Shown one piece after another: positions 13,161 to 24,304 of a stretch of DNA of 64,000 nucleotides. A model generated the notes under the pieces. It worked only from the letters and a program-made list of their open reading frames with translations, searched no databases and was not told the DNA's origin. The DNA comes from Mobula birostris (lineage: Eukaryota). Made by a program: the position numbers and the translations under genes. The stretch's first letter is position 1, and every line of letters starts with the position of its first letter. The stretch spans positions 96,065,064-96,129,063 of the forward strand of contig NC_092371.1 of the NCBI RefSeq assembly GCF_030028105.1. Direction: 5' to 3'.

Positions 13161-13773
13161 TAATTATATCAAATAAAAATAAAATTACTTATCAATATAT
13201 CTACCATTTAGGTCATCGTGTCGATTAAATATATATCCACACACACACACAGCAGGTCAGACATCATTTTGTGTGTGTTGCTCAGATTTCAGCAACTGCA
13301 GATTTCCTCTTGTTTGTGAGTAAAACGTATAGCCCCATTTTGACTGCTTTGAAGTGAATTGCAACACCATTTTGCTCTATGCAGTTGTTACTGCTGCTGT
13401 TCTTTGGGGAAAAAATCTTCTGTGCGTTCGTGTGGTTCACAGACAGCAGGGTCCTCCCGCAAGCAGCACAGACTGTACACAGAGATTCTCAGAACTGACA
13501 ATTAATTGACAATCCTAAACAATTCAAATGCAGCTTGGAGTAGTATATTAATCCTTCTCGTGCCCTCCATGCTTGGGCTTGGAAGGTTATGGAATTTGTG
13601 GTTTCTAAAATTACGAAAATTTACAAATTTCAATTGATAACGAAGAGGACGGTTAATATTGTTCAATTTCTATTTATACTTAATAAAACATTAACGCATG
13701 TGACGATACAAAATTCATAAGCAAGTCTGTATCTGCCGAATATACGAGGAATAGTTTAACTCAGCATGCATCT

Positions 13774-13863
13774 GGCAACTTCTGATTGGAGTCAAGGAAC
13801 ATTCCGATTTGGCTGATTTGCATAAATAGACCGACACATGACGCCTCGTCACCCGATTTATAA
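13774..13863 (+). promoter_or_regulatory. Ig light-chain V promoter, cluster 1 (reverse CCAAT, octamer/decamer, CRE-like half sites, TATA-like)
   Basis: ATTGG 13785-13789; TGATTTGCAT 13814-13823 (octamer ATTTGCAT 13816-13823); TGACG 13839-13843 and CGTCA 13847-13851; TTTATAA 13857-13863. The motifs (except the TGACG half site) recur in the same order upstream of the cluster 2 leader. Confidence 0.88.
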
Positions 13864-13923
13864 GTGGGCTGGGGAAACATCTGAGAAGCGGTCGCCTGTC
13901 GGAGCTCCAGTCATCTAACAGCA

Positions 13924-13972
13924 ATGTCTTACTGGATGCGTGTTTTCAGTGCGCTGGTGCTTTGCGCAGTTC
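13924..13972 (+). CDS. Ig light-chain leader exon, cluster 1
   Basis: ATG 13924 encodes MSYWMRVFSALVLCAV plus 1 nt, then donor GTGAGT at 13973. The phase-1 splice to 14108 gives His and keeps the V frame. Confidence 0.93.
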
Positions 13973-14107
13973 GTGAGTATTTTACTTTCATCAGCGGCAG
14001 ATATCTTGTCAGCACTATTCCATGGGTAGTCGTTACCACAGTTTACTACGTATCAGTACTGTAAGTGGACTTTATTGTTTTCTCTGATCTTCGTCTTTTT
14101 TTTTCAG

Positions 14108-14452
14108 ATTCAAACGCGGAAATCACAGTAAACCAGCCACCTTCAAAGTCCACCTCTCTGGGTCAGAACGTTCAAATCACCTGTACCATGTCTGGCGCCA
14201 GTTTAGGTAGCGACAATGTGTACTGGTACCGGCAGATTCCTGGAAAGATTCCCCAGCTTCTGATATACTATTGGTCCGGTAGTAGTATTTACAAAGGCCC
14301 GGGAATTCCAGACCGTTTCTCCGGCTCTGTGTCGGGCAACACTGCGACATTCACAATACCTAACGTTCAACCGGAGGACGCTGCGGATTATTACTGTGCC
14401 ATGTGGAAAAACGGCTTATTCTTCGGCAAAGGAACGAGGCTGAGTATTGGAA
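14108..14452 (+). CDS. Germline-joined VJ exon of Ig light chain, cluster 1 (probably sigma-cart/type I NS5-like)
   Basis: Acceptor TTTTCAG ends 14107. Open frame HSNA-EITVNQPP...ITC...WYRQ...DYYC-AMWKNGLF-FGKGTRLSIG, with canonical Cys, Trp, YYC and FGxG. Donor GTAAGT at 14453. No RSS or spacer between V and J. CDR2 of 11 aa is sigma-type length. Confidence 0.95.
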
Positions 14453-14539
14453 GTAAGTAAAATACTGTTTCTTCATGCAAGATTGCTCCTAGTTCTTGTT
14501 TACAAAGATAAATAATAAACATGATTATTGACTAACACT

Positions 14540-14750
14540 CAAACAAGAGAACATTTGCAGATGCTGGAAATCCAAGCAACACATACAAAATGCTGGAGGA
14601 ACTCAATATTAGGCAATATTTATGGAAAAAAGTACTGTCGACGTTTCGGGCTGAGATCCTGCCGAAGGGTCTCGGCCCGAAACGTCGACTGTACTTTTTC
14701 CAATTGATGCTGTCTGACTTGCTGAGTTCCTCCAGCATTTTGTTTGTATC
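14540..14750. mobile_element. Penelope-derived inverted-repeat short element in the J-C intron
   Basis: Arms AAAATGCTGGAGGAACTC / GAGTTCCTCCAGCATTTT around the centre GTCGACGTTTCGGGC...GCCCGAAACGTCGAC. The hammerhead core is mutated (CTGCCGA). Confidence 0.8.
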
Positions 14751-15440
14751 TATTGACTGAAAATGATTTTTCATACAATTTAGTTTTTCAAAAACCCAAC
14801 TCTTCAGATGTCTCCCTCATCCCAAGGGCCATTTATGTTTATATCCTAGAAATTAGTATTTCGGAATCGAAACTTGGATAAGAATTTGGTTAGGCAGGTA
14901 GAACGCTTCAAGGTTTATCCATTTTAATTGAGTTCGGGTGCTGTTCTAGAAGTTGAGTGCTTCGAATTTAGGTCGATGTCTGAGCATGAAAAACTGCAGC
15001 AAACAGGTTCTAAAAATGTTGAACACTCGCGAAACACAATAATATGTTAAGTATCTAAATAATCCGATTCGAGCTAATTATTGATCGTCGTTATCGACTG
15101 TTCTTATGGTAAATTAATCAGCTCGGCATGAATCGTGACGAACCACTGGATTCTTAAAAACATATTATGTGGTTTAATTTTATGCCTCTGAAATGGCGTT
15201 CACGGCGCAGGTGAAGTGGGCATGAAAAAATGCAAATTTTGGAAATCTAAAAAGCAATGGGCCAGAAGGCAGGATGGATTGGTGAAAAGAGTAACTACGT
15301 TAATATTTCAGGTCGAACTCCCTTCGGCTGTGTGTATATGGATACACGGTATTAGTTGTCAGCCCCTATTTTCTCGTAATATGCTTGCTGCACTATACCG
15401 AATTCATTTCCGTGTTGATAACTTGTTGATACCTTGTTGC

Positions 15441-18272
15441 ACAGCTACAGATTGGCAGGTATGATATTGTGGCCATCACTGAGACCTGGCTAAAGGATGC
15501 ATGTCTCTGGGAGCTGAACGTCCAAGGATACACTGTGTATCGGAAGGATAGGAAGGTAGGCAGAGGGGGAGGCGTGGCTTTATTGGTAAGAAATGATATT
15601 AAATCATTAGAAAGAGGTGATATAGGATCGGAAGGTGCAGAATATTTATGGGTTGAGCTAAGGAATAGCAGAGGTAAAAGGACACTGATGGCAGTTATTT
15701 ATAGGCCTCCAAACAGCTGCAGGGATGTGGACTACAAATTACAACTGGAAATAGAAAAGGCTTGTCAGAAGGGCAGTGTTATGATAATTGTGGGGGATTT
15801 TAACATGCGAGTAGATTGGAAAAATCAGGTCGGCACTGGATCTCAAGAGAGAGAATTTCTAGAATGTCTGCGAGATGGCTTTTTAGAACAGCTTGTTGTT
15901 GAGCCCACTAGGGGATCGGCTATACTGGATTGGGTATTGTGTAATGAACCGGAGGTGATTGGAGAGATTGAGGTGAAGAGAACCCTTAGGAGGCAGTGAT
16001 CATAACATGATTGAGTTCACTGTGAAATTAGAAAAAGAGAAGCCGAAATCTGATGTGTCGGTGTTTCAGTGGAGTAAAGGAAACTACAGTGGCATGAGAG
16101 AGGAACTGGCCAAAGTTGACTGGAAAGAGACACTGGCGGGAAAGACGGCAGAGCAGCAGTGGCTGGAGTTTATGCGAGAAATGAGGAATGTGCAAGACAG
16201 GTATATTCCAAAAAAGAAGAAATTTTCGAGTGGAAAAAGGATGCAACCATGGTTGACAAGAGAAGTCAAAGCCAAAGTTAAAGCTAAGGAGAGGGCATAC
16301 GAGGAAGCAAAAAATAGTGGGAAGACAGAGGATTGGGAAGTCTTTAAAACCTTACAAAAGGAAACCAAGAAGGTCATTAAGAGAGAAAAGATTAACTATG
16401 AAAGGAAACTAGCAAATAATATCGAAGAGGATACTAAAAGCTTTTTCAGGTATATAAGGAGTAAAAGACAGGTGAGAGTAGATATAGGACCGATAGAAAA
16501 TGATACTGGAGAAAATTGTAATGGGAAATGAGGAGATGGCAGAGGAACTGAACAAGTATTTTGCATCAGTCTTCACTAAGGAAGACAGCAGGATACCGGA
16601 CACTCAAGGGTGGCAGGGAAGAGAAGCGTGCGCAGTCACAATTACGACAGAGAAAGTACTCAGGAAGCTGAATAGGCTAAAGGTCGATAGATCTCCTGGA
16701 CCAGATGGAATGCACCCTCGTGTTCTGAAGGAAGTAGCTGTGGAGATTGCGGAGGCATTAGTGATGATCTTTCAAAAGTCGATAGATTCTGGCATGGTTC
16801 CGGATGACTGGAAGATTGCAAATGTCACCCCGCTATTTAAGAAGGGGGCAAGGAAGCAAAAAGAAAATTATAGACCTGTTAGCTTGACGTCAGTAGTTGG
16901 GAAGTTGTTGGAGTCAATTGTCAAGGATGAGGTTACAGAGTACCTGGAGGCATATGACAAGATAGGCAGAACTCAGCATGGATTCCTTAAAGAAAAATCC
17001 TGCCTGACAAACCTATTACAATTTTTTGAGGAAATTACCAGTAGGCTAGACAAGGGAGATGCAGTGGATGTTGTATATTTGGATTTTCAGAAGGCCTTTG
17101 ACAAGGTGCCACACATGAGGCTGCTTAACAAGATAAGAGCCCATGGAATTACAGGAAAGTTACATACATGGATAGAGCGTTGGCTGATTGGCAGGAAACA
17201 GAGAGTGGGAATAAAGGGATCCTATTCTGGTTGGCTGCCGGTTACCAGTGGTGTTCCACAGGGATCAGAGTTGGGGCCGCTTCTTTTTACATTGTACATC
17301 AACGATTTGGATTATGGAATAGAGGGCTTTGTGGCTAAGTTTGCTGACGATACGAAGATAGGTGGAGGGGCCAGTAGTGCTGAGGAAACGGAGAGTCTGC
17401 AGAGAGACTTGGATAGATTGGAAGAATGGGCAGAGAAGTGGCAAATGAAGTAAAATGTTGGAAAGTGTATGGTTATGCACTTTGGCTGAAAAAATAAACG
17501 GGCAGACTATTATTTAAATGGGGAAAGAATTCAAAGTTCTGAGATGCAACGGGACTTGGGAGTCCTCGTACAGGATTCCCTTAAAGTTAACCTCCAGGTT
17601 GAGTCGGTAGTGAAGAAGGCGAATGCAATGTTGGCATTCATTTCTAGAGGAATAGAGTATAGGAGCAGGGATGTGATGTTGAGGCTCTATAAGGCGCTGG
17701 TGAGACCTCACTTGGAGTACTGCGGGCAGTTTTGGTCTCCTTATTTAAGAAAGGATGTGCTGACGTTGGAGAGGGTACAGAGAAGATTCACTAGAATGAT
17801 TCCGGGAATGAGAGGGCTAACATATTAGGAACGTTTGTCCGCTCTTGGACGGTATTCCTTGGAGTTTAGAAGAATGAGGGGAGACCTCATAGAAACATTT
17901 CGAATGTTAAAAGGCATGGACAGAGTGGATGTGGCAAAGTTGTTTCCCATGATGGGGGAGTCTAGTACGAGAAGGCATGACTTCAGGATTGAAGGGCGCC
18001 CTTTCAGAACAGAAATGTAAAGAAATTTTTTTAGTCAGAGGGTGGTGAATCTATGGAATTTGTTGCCACGGGCAGCAGTGGAGGCCAAGTCATTGGGTGT
18101 ATTTAAGGCAGAGATTGATAGGTATCTGAGTAGCCAGGGCATCAAAGGTTATTGTGAGAAGGTGGGGCAGTGGGACTAAATAGGATAAAATGGATCAGCT
18201 CATGATAAAATGGCGGAGCAGACTCGATGGGCCGAATAGCCTACTTTTGCTCCTTTGTCTTATGGTCTTATG
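15441..18272 (+). mobile_element. CR1 LINE, near-complete ORF2 (APE endonuclease + RT), several frameshifts, inside the cluster 1 J-C intron
   Basis: ORFs 15469-15999 (AITETW, VGDFN), 16500-17453 ([22 protein letters not shown]) and 17544-18020; TCTTATGG tail. Confidence 0.95.
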
Positions 18273-18306
18273 GATATATATTTCCGGGAAGAGCCGTCTT
18301 CGCAAA

Positions 18307-18364
18307 ATTCGTTATTACATGTACGTCGTGGTGATTCGTTATTACATGTACGTCCTGGTGATTC
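18307..18364. repeat. 27-bp tandem duplication
   Basis: ATTCGTTATTACATGTACGTC(G/C)TGGTG x2 plus ATTC. Confidence 0.9.
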
Positions 18365-19002
18365 TCGGGTTTGTAGTTAGTTTTAATCCACTCATCCAGA
18401 CGGAACAATCCAAATGGAAAGTTCTTGTGCTGCAAGACTTATAGAAGGGTGCCTTAAACCCAGCCGCATTTGACATTCTGATTCTGAAGTACAGGGTGCA
18501 CCTGCAGCGCACAAGCCAGCTGACTTTATAAAATCTCATGATTTAATTGGAATTGAAAAATAATTATTTTCTAGTGAGATATTGAAGAAAAGCGACCAAT
18601 TTCTAACAAGAAGAAAGACAGCGAAGACTCGAACACATCAATTATGGCCGCATTATCAGAGTACTCCGTTTCACGGGCTGTTATTACGGTGGGATTCCCT
18701 GAGATGTCGCCTGCTCTGTCCATCCCGTTGCTTCGTCTGTTTAATGGAACTGAGTTAAAACTTCGGTTGAAGGCATTTAGCGGCTTCATTAAATTGTCAA
18801 ATTCCATGGAAATGCTTTCTCACTTTGACGTGTCAGAACCGAATCTTATTCTCATTGCTCTCTGATAAAGACAGACTTGCCGGCAATAAAACCCTAAGTC
18901 GACCGGACTTTAAAGTTACTAAAGTTATGGCTCCCATAATGAAACCCCTTGTTTCTTATCTTTTCAACCAATTCACTAATTCCGTCTGTTTGTCTCTCTG
19001 TC

Positions 19003-19037
19003 GTCTGTCTGTCTATCTATCTATCTATCTATCTATC
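19003..19037. repeat. (TCTG)n(TCTA)n microsatellite
   Basis: Seen directly. Confidence 0.85.
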
Positions 19038-19244
19038 ATTTTCGAACATGAATTCCGTGACGGGGTCATTTTCCGTGCTTACCTTCAATCCTTAATCTCC
19101 TGGTGATCGCTGTCTGCTTAATCCGAATATAGAAATAAACTTGTAACGGTTAAATGACTATTGAGTTAGGATAGTCTGTTGAATTAGTCAATAACTACAC
19201 TCTAAGTTTTTTTGTGAATTATGGAGTGAAATATCCATAGTTGG

Positions 19245-20100
19245 TAGACTCTCAGCTGGTGACGAGTGAGATACAGAAACTAGTGGAATAGTGCCACAGC
19301 AAAAACCTGGCACTCAACGTCAGGAAGACGAAAGAGCTAACTGTGGACTTCAGGAAGGGTAAGACGAAGGAATGCTTACCAATCCTCATAGAGGGATTAG
19401 AAGTGGAGAGAGTGAGCAGCTTCAAGTTCCTAGGTGTCAAGATCTCTCATGATCCAACCTGGTCCCAGCATATTGATGTAGTCATAAAGAATGCAACACA
19501 GCGGCTATACTTTATTGGGAGTTTGAAGCGATTTGGTATGTCAACAAATAGACTCAATAACTTCTTTAGTTGTACCGTGGAGAGCATTCTGACGGGCTGC
19601 ATCAATGTCTGGTGTGGCGGGGCTACCGCACAGGACTAAAAGAAGCTGCAGAAGGTTGTAAATCCAGTCAGCTACATCTTGAGCACTAGCCTATAAAGTA
19701 CCCAGGATATCTTTAGGGAGCGGTGTCTCAGAAAGGCAGCGTACATTATTAAAGACCTCCAGCACCCATCAGGTAGGAGATACAGAAACCTGAAGGCACA
19801 CACTCAGCGATTCAGGAACAACTTCTTCCCCTCTGCCAAATGGACTTTGAAGCTTTGGACACTACCTCACTTTTTAAAAAAATATATAGTATTTCTGTTT
19901 TTGCACATTTTTAAATAATCTATTCTATACTGTATACGTAATTGATTTACTTGCTTATTTATTATAATGTTTTATTTTATTTATTATTATTGTTTTTTCT
20001 CTCTCTGCCAGATTATGTATTGCATTGAACTGCTGCTGCTAAGTTGATAAATTTCACGTCACATGCTGGTGATAATAAACCTGATTCTGATTCTGATTCC
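19245..20100 (+). mobile_element. Rex1/Babar-like LINE 3-prime fragment
   Basis: VERVSSFKFLGV...QRLYFIGSLKRFG...CTVESILTGCI; ends AATAAACC(TGATTC)x3. Confidence 0.85.
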
Positions 20101-20423
20101 GAAATGAAATCAGTTCCGGAAGAGCAAATAACAGAAACAACATGTAAAAAATGCTCAGCAGGAGTTCTAAACCAGTTTGCACTGTCACCTTTTGAAAAAC
20201 AATCGCAGAATCGCAGACTCCGTTTCTTCTCATTCCACCACAACCCCGCCATACAATAGCTACATCGGTTCTGACGAAGATTCTTGTTCAAAGCAGTTAT
20301 ACCCCTTTCTGGTTATCGAATTGAACATATCAGTACGAAACGAAATGTATTTTGAATTGAGATGATGCTTTGGCTGAAGAAGTTTACTATTTTTACTAAT
20401 TCTTGATGTTTTATTATAAACAG

Positions 20424-20746
20424 ATCCCTGTCTCCCCACTGTCTCTTTACTTCCACCTTCAGCGGTGGAGGTCACGGCTAAGGGTACAGCGACCCTGGTG
20501 TGTTTAGTGAGCGGGTTTAATCCCGGCAGAGTGGACATTGAGTGGACTGTCGACGGCAGTAAGAGAAAGAATGGAATTCAGACCAGTCCGATCCAGCAAG
20601 AGACAGACAACACGTTCAGTGCGAGCAGCTACCTGACTCTGCCAACCTCAGACTGGAACTCACACGAGCTTTTCTCCTGCGTGGTTAAACACGAGGCTCA
20701 GGCAAAGCCTGTCACGGCAAACATTGCGAGATCCAGCTGTATTTGA
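20424..20746 (+). CDS. Ig light-chain constant exon, cluster 1 (intact)
   Basis: Acceptor AAACAG ends 20423. Phase 1 gives NPCLPTVSLLPPS...ATLVCLV...IEWTVDG...SSYLTL...FSCVVKHE...IARSSCI-stop (TGA 20744-20746): a C1-set domain with the penultimate Cys for the H-L bond. Confidence 0.96.
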
Positions 20747-20843
20747 TACCTGAAACTTGTAAGCTGTGCCGACGAAGTTTGGTTATCACTTTTTGTTCCT
20801 TTCACGTGGCAAAGAGGTAGAAATGTGTTAGATTCCGAATTTT

Positions 20844-20849
20844 AATAAA
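20844..20849 (+). terminator. Polyadenylation signal of cluster 1 light chain
   Basis: AATAAA about 100 nt after the stop codon, with T/GT-rich sequence nearby. Confidence 0.7.
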
Positions 20850-21194
20850 GAAGTTAAAACCTTGATTTTTATGACTTGCTCACCATAAATTCAGTTGACA
20901 GGTTGTTGAATTTGATCAACGCCTCAAGTTGGAACAATCTATCTTTTGTGCATTCAGTAACGGTAACCATAGACAAGGAAATTGACATTATACCCTATAT
21001 AGTCTTTGTAGCCGTTGAATAAAATTATTGAATTAATGCATTTCAATTGCTTTATTCCTGATCCATATGATGCTGACCCGAGATGTCTTGTGTTTCCTCA
21101 TAGATTTTCGCTATACACGTTTTCGTTTGCTTTTGATCATGCATCAGAATTGTACAATAGGTTCGAGGTAACACGAAGAATAGGTTAGAGTCCT

Positions 21195-22015
21195 TACACT
21201 TCCTCCTTCACCACCATTCAGGGCCCCAGACAATCCTCCTAGCTGAGGCGACACTTCACCTGTGAGTCAGCTGGAGTGATATACTGTGTCCGGTGCTCCC
21301 AATGAGGCCTTCTATATATTGGCGAGACACGACGAAGACTGGGAGAACGTTTCGCTGAACACCTACGCTCTGTCCGCCAGAGAAAGCAGGATCTCCCAGT
21401 GGCCACAGATTTTAATTCCTCGACCCATTCCATTCTGATATGTCTATCCACGGCCTCCTCTACTGTAAAGATGAAGCCACACTCAGGTTGGAGGAACAAC
21501 ACCTTATATTCCGTCTGGGTAGCCTCCAACCTGAAGGCATGAACATTGACTTTTCAAACTTCCGCTAATGCCCCACCTCCCCCTCGTACCCCATCCGTTA
21601 TTCATTTATTTATATACACACATTCTTTTTCTTTCTCTGTCCTTTTTCTCCCTCTGTCCTTCTCACTATACCCCTTGCCCATACTCCCCATACTCTGGGC
21701 TCCCCGCCCCTTTTTCTTTTTCTCAAGGCCTCCTGTCCCATGATCCTCTCATATCTCTTTTGCCAATCAACTGTCCAGCTCTTGACTCCATCCCTCCCAC
21801 TCCTGTCTTCTCTTATCATTTCGGATCTCACCCTCCCCCACCAACTTGCAAATCTCTTACTAGCTCTTCGTTTAGTTAGTCCTGACGAAGGGTCTCGGCC
21901 CGAAACGTCGACTGTACCTCTTCCTAGAGATGCTGCCTGGCCTGCTGCGTTCACCAGCAACTTTTATGCGTGTTGCTTGAAATTCCAGCATCTGCAGATT
22001 TCTTCGTGTTATCGG
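21195..22015 (+). mobile_element. Penelope-like element 3-prime fragment: GIY-YIG endonuclease plus pLTR
   Basis: Translates GVIYCVRC..*GLLYIGETRRRLGERFAEH...GMNIDFSNFR-stop (TAA 21566-21568), followed by a pyrimidine tract and a hammerhead-bearing terminal repeat. Confidence 0.9.
21878..21913 (+). ncRNA. Minimal type I hammerhead ribozyme motif
   Basis: AGUC-CUGACGA-A-GGGU(CUCG)GCCC-GAAAC-GUC-GACU. Stem I is AGUC/GACU, stem II is 4 bp, stem III is the palindrome ACGU; predicted cleavage after C21909. Confidence 0.72.
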
Positions 22016-22059
22016 GTTGTCAGGTAGACCAGCACGCTCTGCGGGAACTGGGAGAGTGA

Positions 22060-23400
22060 AGTAAATGCAGTTGTTAAAACTTAGAAAGGAGGGTTTCCAT
22101 TAGACGGACACAGCATGGATTCAGAAAGGGCAGGTCCTGTTTGACAAGCTTACTGGAGTTCTTTGAGGACATAATGAGTGCAGTGGACAGAGGGGAACAG
22201 GTGGCTGTCGTACACTTGGAATTCCAGAAAGCGTTTGATAAGGTGATGCTCAAGAGAGTTTTAAATAAGATTCGGATACGTGGAGTTGGAGGAAGTATAT
22301 TGGCATGGATAGTGGATTGGATAACCAACAGAAGGCAGAGTTGGTATAAATGGATGTTTCATCGGTTGGCAGTCGGTGGCGAGTGGGGTACCGCAGGGGT
22401 CAGTGCTGGGCCTGCAGCTATTTACCATTTACATTGTTGATTTGGAAGAGGGGACTGAGAGTAGCGTAGCAAAATTTGCTGATGACACCAAACTAAGTGG
22501 AAAAGCAAATTGTACAGAGTATGTGGAGAGCCTGTAGAGGGATATTGATAGGTTAAGTGAGTCGGTCAAGGTCTGGCAGATGGAATACAACGTTGGTAAA
22601 TGCGAGATCATCATTTTGGAAGGAACAATAGAAGAGCGGATTATTATTTAAATTGTGAAAGATTGCAGCATGCTGTTGTGCAGAGGTACTTGGGAGTGCT
22701 TGTTCATGAATCACAAAAAGTTGGCTTCAGGTACGACAGGTTATTAAGAAGACAAACGGAATGTTGGCCTTTATTGCTAGAGGGATTGTATTAAAGAGCA
22801 GGGAGGGCATGCTGCAACTATACAGGGTACTGGTGAAGCCGCACCTGGAGTACTGTGAGCAGTTTTGGTCTCCATACTTGACTAAAGATATACTGGCTTT
22901 GGAGGCAGTGCAGAGGCAGTGCAGAGGAGGTTCACCAGGATGAAGGAGTTAACATATGAGGAGAGACTGAGTCGCCTCTGGAGTTCAGAAGAATGAGAGG
23001 GGATCTTAGAGAAACATACAAAATTTTGAAAGGGATAGATAAGATAGAAGTAGAAAAGTTGTTTCCATATGGCAAGTGAGACTAGAACTAGGGGATATTG
23101 CCTCAAAATTCAGGGGAGAAGATTTAGGATGGAAGTGAGGAGAAACTGTTTTTCCAAGAGAGTGTTGAATCTGTGGAATTCTCTGCCCAGGGAAGCAGTT
23201 GAGGCTTCTTCACTAAATACATTTAAGATACAATTAGATAGATTTTTACATAGTAGAGGAATTAAGGGTTATGGGGAAAAGGCAGGTAGATAGAGCTGAG
23301 TTTACGGACGGATCAGCCATGATCTTATTGAATGGCGGTGCATGCTCGATGGGCCGAATGGCCTACTCCTGCTCCTACTTCTTATGTTCCTATGTTTCTT
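22060..23400 (+). mobile_element. CR1 RT 3-prime fragment
   Basis: HGFRKGRSCLT, EFQKAFD, FADD; CTTATGTT tail. Confidence 0.88.
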
Positions 23401-24304
23401 ATTTAAATTCAATTCATGCTCTGATATTGGCCCTGCGAAAGTGTTTTGCGTCAGCCCGACAAAGTAAGGTGTGAATCCCAAATATAAATACAAAAATGAC
23501 GGAAAGATTTTGAGGGCCAGGTGACATGAGTGGAGAGCAAAATAGAATCGGTAACCTGTCACGCCATCATCCCTATTGCCACTGACACCTGCACAAGTTT
23601 AAGGAGTCCAGAAATCCCCATATGCTGTTTATTAAGTAGGAGGTGAGGAAAGTTGCTCTGTTGAGCTTTATATGAAAGTTAAGAATGAGCGCACTTGCAT
23701 TTTTTCCAGGAGCCCCCATTCATTTAGAAAAGAATACCAGGAATCTGCAGAATGATAATCTGCTTCCGATCACTTCTTCGCACACCTCGCACCAATCCAC
23801 CCATCGTCAAACTTTATTCCACAGAGGCGTCACATTCACCCTCAATGTTGCACTTTGTCCCAACCAACCGTCTGCTCTTGGCATTAACACTCATCCACAA
23901 GGCTGGGGAGGAGAGAGAATTGGTTCGTTGCGATATTATGCCACAGCACGGCAACAACGATGCTCTGAATGAAACAGGAGCAATTTATCCTGCAAAACTC
24001 CGTCAGTGCGGAACAACGGCATATACATAACATGCATTAAATCTCCCCCAATCTCTGACAATCGTGGGCCGCCTGCATTGATTGACGGAGAATCAATGTA
24101 ATTATCCCCATTCTGTCTTACTATAGCGTGAAAAGAAATCTGAAAGGAGGAAAAGGAAACGAAAAGGAAGCAGAGAGGGGACTTCATACAGAGTATGCGC
24201 ATGGAAATTGATAGACAGCTACTTAGGTAGACACTGGAGATACAGAGACACATAGATAGATATATACATACATACACAGACACACACACATTCATAATAG
24301 ATTA

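Noticed and set aside
14065-14107. N-terminus MDFIVFSDLRLFFSD of the ORF-track protein
   Set aside because: Intronic polypyrimidine tract; the true N-terminus comes from the leader exon at 13924.
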